Position numbers and translations under genes: made by a program. Below the pieces are notes generated by a model. The model had not been told where the DNA came from. It saw nothing but the letters and a program-made list of their open reading frames with translations, and did no database searches. From assembly GCA_905178155.1 (NCBI GenBank), contig CAJINV010000001.1, positions 1,474,225-1,538,224 on the forward strand: 64,000 bases of DNA, in the 5' to 3' direction. The DNA is from Amoebophrya sp. A120 (lineage: Eukaryota > Protista > Dinoflagellata). Every line of letters begins with the position of its first letter. Positions within the stretch are counted from its first letter, which is position 1. Below, piece by piece: positions 50,337-60,200 of this stretch.

Positions 50337-52960
50337 ATGAAGATGAAGCTCCACCCGGCGAATGATCCGGCATTGACGCAATGCCTCGGTTGTGGTGGAC
50401 ATTTTCCGATAATTCCGGGACTAGGATTCTTCAAAACGTGCGAAGAGCACGCGGACGACAAATATTGTCACGAGGACACGAATTACTGCGCCGGCTGCCA
50501 GAGAAGCGGTTGCTACTTCAGCAAGAAACAGAAAAAAGACTACAATGCGGAGGACCGGCGTTGCGAGACGTGCCAAAATGAGTATTGGTTTCACAAAAAA
50601 TCCTTGCACGAGGGGGTGGAAACGCTGCGGGATACTTTGAAATCATTTCCACCTAAGAAGCGCAAAGAGGAGCAAGTCGGCCCCATCTGCCAATTCTTTG
50701 CCGACGCAGCCTCGAACTATTTTTGGAGCCAATGGAATTACGACGGGGATACGCCGCCTTCCGAAGTTTGGGCGTTGCAGAAACCGGGGAAGAGGGACAA
50801 GCTTGAGCTGATCGAAACCTTTCAAAAAGCTATCAGTGGCCAAGTGTTCGAAAATGCCGATTTGTGTGCGATGTTGAACAAGGAGCAATTTCTGGCTCGC
50901 CTCCAGGGCTGGTGCCAATTGGAGCTGGCCGTCGTTGGGTACCCGAAGGCCCCGACGAAAGCAAGTTCTCTTTTTCAGAGTAACAACCGCAAGGCCGTGA
51001 CGGATTACATTTGCGAGGTCAGTACGCCAAAAAACGAAGACGACAAGGATCGCCGGGACCGGCTGTGGAAGATTCGCAACAACCTGCTGCGCAATAAGGT
51101 CTTCGATGAAGTGTTCGACTTCAGCAACCCAAAGAAAATCATGACGCAGGAACAACTAGCGGAAGCGGTGCGGGAGAAGTTCTTGGAGAACTACCAGAAT
51201 GACGACTATTTCCCGGAGCCAAAGGGCAAGACCAAGGATTTCGCACAGACTTGGATTGCTGAGATTCTGTATCAGCTGCTCTACAGCGCCCTGGGGGTCG
51301 GCAGTAACACGCTGCGTACGGACTTGCAGCGTGAGATTCGTACCGATTCCACCCTCTTCACGGCGAAGGCGCATGAGCTGAGTGGTAAGCTCGTCATGGA
51401 TCTGGGGCTGAGCGACTCCTGTCAAAAGTACCTCTACAAATCCTTGAAGAAGTTTGCCGACCCGAGCAGCAGTCTAGCACAAGTCTTGCGGGACGAGGGT
51501 GAGAGCCTGGCAACAGCTGGTCTTATCACCGAGCTGTTGCAGAAGCACTTCTGCGCGGATTGCGAGGAGAAAAACGGCGAGATCGTGGCAAAGATCATCG
51601 AAAGCGCGGAGCTGTCCAAGCTGTTGGAGACTGCACCGGTGCCGTTGGTTTTGGACCAGGAGGAGGCCGGCCGCTTGCTGAAGAGCTACGTGGAGCAGCA
51701 GCGGGGCCCACCGGCGGGGAAGGCGACCGACCTGGTCGTTAGTGGAGATTTCCTGAAGAAGGATGTGCTCGAATTCAAGAAATCTGCTGGCACCATGGAG
51801 AAACTGGTCGAGATGATGAAGGTGAAAGGCTTCGAACCAAACCCCGAGCGCTTACGTATTCGGCCTAATGTGGTCGAGCACCCCAGCGCGTATCTGTACT
51901 TCGGCGCCCACGTGCAGAATCCCGGAAAATTGATGCTGGCATCCGTGCTGCTTCCGAACTTCACGAAGATGGTCAATCACATGATCCGGGTCGAGGCGGA
52001 CCGCGCTGGAATTGAGGCCAAGTATACGCACTTCGGAATTCTGTGGAACAACATAACGGCTCCGCATACGGACGGCAAAAATTCCGGATCGAGCCAATTG
52101 ATCGCCGGCGGGGACTTCAGCGGTGGTCGCTTTGTGAAATACAACCCGAGCGGGACCATCAAGGGCGTGGCGCCGAAAGAGATCACCTGGAAGGATGTGG
52201 AGACTGGAAGTAAGCATTTTGTGTATGTCAGTGTCTATGTTTTTCCTATAGGAATAGATCGCCTTCTTATGCCTATTTTTTTGCATGCAGTTTCATTTAT
52301 GAGGCAGAGACTCTCACTCCACTTCTGATTCGAAGTCGCAAGACGCAGGAGAGTGTTGATCTGTTGAACTGACTCCAAGGTCCACCTTGCATGAGATTGG
52401 GTTGCTTTCTTTGTGATGTGGAGACCCGAATCACATCGACAAAGCAACGCATTACATTTACAACAGAGAGCCGCACCGTCGAGAAAGGCGAAATTTATGG
52501 TGAGCCGGTAGAGGTCCGACACAGGATGATCCAAGAGAGCGGGCTGCCGCCGCACTGGACGGAAGATTTCACGGGCGAAAGGAAGCTGTGCGTGTCCTGG
52601 GTGGACAAGTGCGCGAGGATCGAGGAGGGTAGCGAGTGGGAACAGGAATTGTCGGCCCTGGAGTTCAAGAACTTTGATACAGTGCCACCCCGGGAAACAA
52701 AAGCAGACGAGGGAGATGAAGAAGGGAACGATGGCGCCGTGGTACAGAAGAAGCGCGCGACGTTGAAGCGCCGGGCCTTGGACAGCCTGAAGCCGATGAA
52801 AAAAGCCAAGGCCGCGCCGAAGCTGAAGGCAAAGGGGAAAGCGCCAGCGCAGGCGGATGCTGGTTTGTTTGAGGATGTTGGGGATGACGCTGAGAACGGG
52901 GGTGGTGGCGGCGGGGGCAATGTAGATTTATTCGACGAGGAAGACAGCGGGCTGGATTAA
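50337..52960 (+). CDS. N-terminal Cys-rich Zn finger (Stc1-like) plus C-terminal 2OG-Fe(II) dioxygenase (TET/JBP-like)
   Basis: Exons 50337-52209 and 52467-52960 (GT-AG, phase 1). Motifs CAGC..FSKKQ..RRCETC and NNITAPHTDGKNSGSS..GGDFSGG ... PHWTEDFTGERKLCVSW (HxD..H..R); basic NLS-like tail. Confidence 0.65.
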
Positions 52961-54283
52961 AGAGCAGTTGTGAGAACAAGAGTAGATGTAGAGGCACACA
53001 AAGAAGGTCTCTCACTTCGTGATCGTGCAAGCAAAGCAACAAAGGTAGCGCATCCCCTCGTAAACAGCATCGCTGGTATTTAGTACACATTCACTTCGAT
53101 TCAGATTCTGTAGACCCTCGCAACGTAAGTCTCTTACTCCCAAAACGAACGCCGTGACCTATTCCATTAGTATAAAGAGGTGAAAAAATGAAGATATATG
53201 AAAGAAAACTAGAAAACAAAAGACGTGCAAAAGAAGTTGGCGGAATCACTGTAGTCGCTTCCGTGTTACACAGCCACAGGCTCGCTGAAAACTGCTCTGC
53301 CGGCCTTCTCTCTTTCGCCATTTAGCACCGCAGGACCTATTTTCTTGTTGTGAGGCAATTGACCTTGAATAGGTGCAGCGGCCTTGGGGTAGTTGATGAT
53401 CGTCAACGTTACTGAAACAGAATGTGCAAGAGCATGATCCTGGTACACGATCACCTCTTTCATCTGATCTCGGATCCATATCATGTTCCAGACAAGTGCA
53501 GAGGATCACTAAGGTGGATCTCAGGTTCAGCCCCTCACTTCTGTGCGCGCGACATCTGTCTAGTCACGAGGACATTCCGATCTTCATCTTCAACCGCCGT
53601 GGCCCTGATCACTACGTGGTGGATGGAAAGCGAAAGGCTCTTCGGGATCTTGTGTGCAGAGGAGTTATTTGGCTGTGTGAGTTTGAGTTTGATGTAGATG
53701 CTAGCATCAGAAGGTCCCACTGATGGTGAGGTTGCCCGAAGATCGATCTCTATGATCTTCAGGTTCGTGTGTAGTTGTCCGAGGTCTGTGACGCCGCTGT
53801 CGCTTTTAAAGAAAGCTGCTGGAGCATGTGATTCACTTTACCGGAAATAGGGTTTTCGTTTGACTGACGTTGTCGCGGTTGTAGCGCCAGATCATTTAGA
53901 TGCTCATGTTATTTCGGCACTGCTCTACACGCCGAAGATGCTACGGAGCGGAGCTTTTCAATGCTCCTCTAGTATCTTGAGGGCCCTGGGGGCCGGTTGA
54001 TTTCAAAATATTGACTTCGCAGAAACGAGTTTCATTTTTATTTAATCAGTTAGCGCCTAAAATTTATCGCTGCATTCAAATACGAGCTGACAGACTCTGA
54101 CTCGTTTCCTGGATTTTTATATGATTTGTGTTTTTGGTAAAGGAAACGAAAGCTTCTCGTGCTCTTTCTAAAGCTGCTGAAAGTAATATCGCAATCCTCC
54201 TGTTTATTTTCAAATAAGATTCTATACTATGCGACGAGTAAGTTGTGGCAGCTCTTGAAGAACCACCGCCACCTTGCTTCATC

Positions 54284-57200
54284 ATGGCGATGAACAACAA
54301 GGGGCCCGTGAAATTCGGGCGAGGCCGTCGCGAGGAAAAGGCGAAGCAAGAGGACGCTCGCGCGACCATGTACCTGCATCTCGGGGAAGGCCACAGCGAC
54401 GAGGGGCATGCGATGGACTTTGCCTCGGGGTTGACGGTTCCCCCGTTCGTCTGGTATACGCTCTACAGAAAGGACGTGACCGCTACCGCTTGCGTTACTG
54501 GGAAGAGGGGGGACAACCTGGACGCCTTCAAGTACTTCGCGCTTGCCAACAAAGACTGCATCCACGAGCCTGGTGGCCAGGATCCGGAAAATATTGAGCG
54601 GGAAAAAAACTGGTGCAAGCGCTTCGGGGGGAACCGGCTATACGACGTGGAAGGAGCAAAGGCAGAGCTAGCGCGGCTAAAAGAAGCCCGCGCTGGTATT
54701 TCCGATGAGAAGGCCAAAGAGATCGAGTCACGGGGAAAGCCGGTTAAAGAGCTGGTCAAGAGGACTGAGGCGCAGGTCCTGGCCCTGCAGCGGTACCGAC
54801 GATTGGATTATTTGGACACGATCTTGCGGATCGGTTTCGTACCGTGGAAGGTCTACGTTGCGGGGGAGCACGGAAATAACCGGCTGTACAGGACGCTCCA
54901 AGAACACTTTCCGCAGAGTCTGGGCGGATTAGTGTTTTCGGTGAATGTGTCGCCTCCCCGATCGTCCCGCAGCAAGGCGGGCGCAGTCACGCCACCCCCA
55001 CAGAAGCTTCGTTTGTTGGATGAGCGCACCGCGAATGCGGGGACGGCGCGTGTGGGAGTCAAGGAGTTCCAATTTTTCTGGATACATCACGACTTCAAAG
55101 AACGCGCCTGGTATGTGGCGCGCTCGATCAATCGTTCGATGCTTGTGGAGATGCTTGGAATCGACGTCAAGTCTTGTCCGGACGACCCACAGTGCCTTTT
55201 GCGCCAGGCGCTCGGCAAAGCGCTCGCGCGGATGCAGCTTGCCACCAGCGACACGCTGAAAACGAAGGACATTCCCGGGGCGAGCATCTTCAAGATTGAC
55301 GACCTTCTGGGCGTTCAGGGGGGCGACTCCCTCGTTGATGGCTGCGGCTGGATCGGAAGCAGTTTGGCAGCAGAAGTCGAGGAATCCATCCGGGCGCAGG
55401 GCTACCCTGACGTAGGCGAAATCCAGGCTCTGCAGGGGCGACTGATGTCCGCGAAATTTATGGTCCTGATCAAAGACGTCCCGCCGGACCACCCCGACGC
55501 GCACAAGATATGTTTGCCGAAGAGCGCCTGGAAGTTCTGGCAGAATGTTGATGCGGATGCCTCCTATCCGCTGGAGGTCTGCCAGTGGTGGGACGATAAG
55601 CCAACCGAGCCGCGCGGATATTTTAATGCGGAACTGTTGCCCCTGCTGGAACACGGCTGCGCTGCGCACCCGCTCAAGTTTTTACGTGTGGTCAGGGCCG
55701 TGCTGAAGAATCACGTTTACAACTACCTCAAGAAGCTGGCCAGTGCTTGTGATGATGACCGCATCGACTTTGCCGAGGCGCGCAAGCTCTTGCTGGAAGC
55801 GCCGGACGCCGACCTCGCCGCTCCGCCGGCAACTGCTTGGAAGAAGGCGTCGAACTGGGAAGAGGCAGATAGTTGGATCGATGATCATGATGTGCATCAC
55901 GATAGCGACGCTGAGCATGAGAAGGAAGAATGTAGCAGTAGCACTAGCAGTGGCGACAATGGCGAAGTGGATGCCATGTTGAAGGAACTCATTGATGAAG
56001 ACGCGACTCTAAAAAACTTTGCTACCAGCGAGCCCGCGAAGTTTTTCCGCGTGCAGGCATTGGTCCGTGCAATTTTTGGCGGATCCCTTGCGAGGAAGTT
56101 CCGCTTTCGTCTTCCCGACAGCTACTACTTGCCCATCGTCCCGGACCTGTCGCAGACGCTCAAAAAATTCCAGGCACTCACCTCGGTGGTGACTTCGGGC
56201 AAAGACGGCGCCACGGTGAAGTACCTCGAGGGCCCTGCGCTGTTTGCCCGTTGTCCATGCATGGAAGCGAGTGACGTCCAGCCGTTCGAGAATGTCGGCG
56301 AGCCGCCGGAGGCATTTACGCAGGCGGGGTTTCGGCACAAAGGACTCATCGTTCTGCCGGCATGCGAAGGCATGCCCCGGGCGGCCGCCCAGGCTCTTTC
56401 CGGTGGGGATTACGACGGGGATGAAGCGTACTGCATCGGCTTCGAGCCGCTGGTGGAGATTTTTACCCCCACGGAGCCGGACTTTGTCAGTGCGTTCGAA
56501 ATGTTCCCGCCGCCGCCGCCCCTGGTTGGTGATGCTGGTGACGATGCAGAGGGTGGGCAGCAGCAGAAACCGCCGGCACAGCAGGTGGAGACACTTGGAG
56601 ATGTGGTTCGCGAAGGTTTTTCGGACGCTGACTTCGATCGACTGCGCATTCGGTCAGCGGACTACTTCGGCTTGGGAGATGCGTAGGGCCCCAAAATCTG
56701 CACCGGCGCTCATGTGTTGTGGCGACAGGGGCTGCCCGAGATGATGATGATGACAAGCTCCTGCGCGATTGGCTTCACAGACACGTTTCCGTAGTCAAGG
56801 CTGAATTTTTGATCATACATGTTGATGTTCCTGAGCAGCGTGTGTGTTTGTTATGACCGCGCGCTTTCGCTTTTACGTTTTGCATTTGTTTGCCCTCGTC
56901 CATGGAGAATGTCTCACAATTTAGAGCAAGTCCATTGGAAGTCACAACATAGCAGAATACTGCGCGTGCGGATTTTCCCATCCATAAGAGAAAGGCAAAA
57001 TTTACGAATGATTGGTATCACACGGCGCGGTACTACGGGCTTAATCATCCCTACAGCAAAGCCATCGCAAAGTGCGGACATGCGTCAATGGATCTGGCCA
57101 AGAGCGGAAATACATATGCGGAACTATGTGCGGTGAAGGACAGAGCTCGAGGTGCAGCGAAGGTGATAAGCGTTCCCAGAGCGCTGCACACCCGGAAAGA

Positions 57201-60200
57201 CGGCCACGTCCTCAGTAGCGCACACGCAGACATCATTCGCATGATGTCGCCCGCGGCGGCAAAAATCGTTGAGAAGCTCGCTGTATGGGGTGCAAAAGTA
57301 TCGCACTCGTACTAATCGCCGTCTTGCAAGACAAATCCACCAGCTAAGGTAAATCAGCATTAGAAAATCCGACTTTCTTGCTCTTGAGAAAATTTGTGAT
57401 GCGATTAATTTATGCTACCTAGTGCGATGGATACTTTTGCAACGCATACGCTGCATCAGCGAAGCAAGCAGGACGGAAAGAAGACGAAGTCGAAGGAGCA
57501 GGTGAACAAGGGACCAACGCAAGAGGAAAAAACAAGAAGAAGAACCAGGTTGCTGACGACATCGGCATCGCAGAACTAGACGCTTTCATGCAGGAGGAAA
57601 TGGACGACGATGAGTTCGATCTTTATGCTGGCAACGTTCTCGACGAGGACGCGACTGCGGAGGATGGCCCGCTAGCACTTGCTGCTGGCGACGACGATTT
57701 TGCGGTCGACCCTGATGGCCCGGGTGAAGAAGGAGCGCAACAGGACGACGACGACGACGACAGCGAAAAGGATTCAGACGACGAGTCTTCCGCTTCTGCG
57801 TGGTCGCAGCGTGATAAGAATAAGAAAAAAGGAAAAGCTAAGTCGTCAAAGAAGAATAGCGCAAAGGCGAAGAAACAGCAGCAGCAGGTGGCGAAAAAGA
57901 ATGACAGTGTCAAGGGTGGCGCGAAGAAGGCTGCGGCGCCGATGAAAAAGGTTGCGGCAAAGAAAAAAGGAAAAAATGGAGAGGAAGTGGAGGGCGATTC
58001 CGAGCAGCAGCAGCCCGACGATCGTGTGGAGGCGTACTTCCTGAGCACGAAGCCCGGGCTTCCGAAACTTCGGATTTGTGACGTGCTGTTTGTTTTATGC
58101 AAGCTGCTCGCGGACGGGGCCGCGAAAAATCAGATCTACCACCTTGGCGGAACGCTTAAAACGCCGGCAGATGTGAAGAAGGTGCTTGCGAATGGACAAA
58201 CAGACGTTTTTCGGACTCTCTCAGAGGGGAACTGGTTGGCCGTGCTCGGGCGCGAAGATGTTACATTCGGCGGCGTCAATACAATGGACAGGACGGTGGT
58301 GACGCAACTCAACGAATTGCAGCGTCGGGCCAAAGCGATGCTGGTGGACAATTTGCAACTGTTCGCGACGTTTGAAAAACTTCGGGAAAAGTACTGGGCC
58401 CCACTGCTGCAAAAGGCATGGGGGGACGCGTCAAAGCGCTGGGCGGGGTTTTTCGACCAGAAAAGGGAGTACTGCTGCCGCAACAAAATCGCCGTGCAAC
58501 AGACGGGCTATAAGGGGCTCGAGTTTCGGGATCCGGTTCCAGAGGACGAAAAGTACACCGCGACGGCAATGTCACTGCCGGACGAGAAGGGCGCAGAAGG
58601 CCTGAAGAGGCTCGAGAACTTCGTTGCCGCGATCACCTTTTACGTTACGACCCCCTCCTTTCTGAAGGCTGAGCGCCAGGCGAAAGGCAAAATCATCACG
58701 GCGAAAGCAGCTGCGAAGCGTGCTGCAGGGCCGGCCGGGAAAAAGAAAGCCGCAAAGGCGAAGGCAGCCGGGAAGAAGGGAAAATCCTTCGCCTTTGAGC
58801 GAGATGTGGAAATGGCGGACGCGGATCAGGTGGACCCAGATGTGGAAAAAATCCTGGCTGATGTTGAGGATGTGACTGAAGATGGCGCAGCTCTTGCAGA
58901 ATCTTTCGGAGATGAAGGCGATGCCGATGCGTCTGCTTCATCAGTGGCAGCTGGGGGAGAAAATAACCACGAGGAAGCTCCTGCGATCGCTGTAATGGGC
59001 GAAATCGCAGGAGATGATGATGGCGAAGTCGAAAAATCGTCCAGCTCTGCTGCTGATGCTGATGTTGTATCTGGAGAGAAGCTGCTCGTGGCGCATCAGG
59101 GCGATTTTCTGTCGAATGTTACGGAGCAAAAGACATACTGCAAGTGGACGACGATGCGCGAAGACAAGTGGGCCTGGGATGCGTCGTTCCAGCTGTATGG
59201 CAAAGAGCTGCTCTACTTGAAAACCACACTCGAGCCGTTGCCAGCCACGCAAGCGGAGCAAGAGAGTGCTGCTGCGGAGGACAAGAAGAAAACCTGGGAC
59301 GACAAAGACTGGTTTGCGGGTTGGGAGGACGACAAGGAGAAGAGTAAAGACACTGATGAAAATCACACGGAAGCTGGAGCTGCCAGTGCCAGCGCTTCGC
59401 CGTCCAGCACGACCGGGGCCTTCAGTAGTTCTTTGAAGCGCAAGAACGACTACGATAACAGCAGCGGAGACTATCACTACTACGGAAGAGATGCGAAGAA
59501 GCAGAAGAGGAACCAAAATGACTGGTCGTGGTCAGGTCACTCATCATGGGGCAAGAACAAAAACTGGAATTGGAACCAGGGCGGCAAGCACGATGATAAG
59601 AAGTCGTGGTCGTGGGACGACAAGGCCAACAAGCACCAAGACAACAAGAAGTCGTGGTGGGAGCAGCAGAAGCAGAAAAGCAGAAATGATCATGGAAACA
59701 ACGATTGGTGGAAAGAGCAAGACGACAAATACACTGGCAACCGGAATTGGTGGAAGGCAGCCACGATGGAAAACGAAGCCGATACGGAAAACGCAGACGC
59801 AAACAACCACGGTGAGGATGCAAATGTAGCAGCAGCGTCTTCATCCTCCTCTTCCGTACAGCAAAATGGCGAAAAAGCTCCGGTCGCGGGAGCCGCGGGC
59901 GGCGGCGGCGAGGAGTCAAAGCACGATGACAACTGGAACTGGGACGAGCAACAGGGCGAAGAGGAAAATCAGAATTACCAATACAACAACCACCAGGGAT
60001 CATATGACAACAGCTACGGCTCTAGCAAGAAAAACGAACAGTATCATGACGGCGGCGGTGGCAGCGTCAGCGAGTATGGCAGCTACAAGAAAAACAACAA
60101 GTACAACCAGTCAAACCAGTACAATCAGTACAAAAATGACTACAACGCACAGAACAATAAGAATTGGAACGGTTGGTACAAGGACCAGGGCGATCACAAT

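Noticed and set aside
53000-54200. Gene or ncRNA between the dioxygenase and RdRP genes
   Set aside because: No credible ORF, tRNA or rRNA signature visible by eye.
54284-56686. Viral RdRP or DNA-directed RNA polymerase subunit
   Set aside because: The DGCG, DYDGD and DLAKSG motifs fit the cellular RNAi RdRP family; there is no GDD palm motif and no NADFDGD.
4549-57448. CRISPR array or bacterial REP elements
   Set aside because: The repeats are inverted pairs with conserved interiors dispersed in eukaryotic exons; there is no repeat-spacer array and no cas gene.
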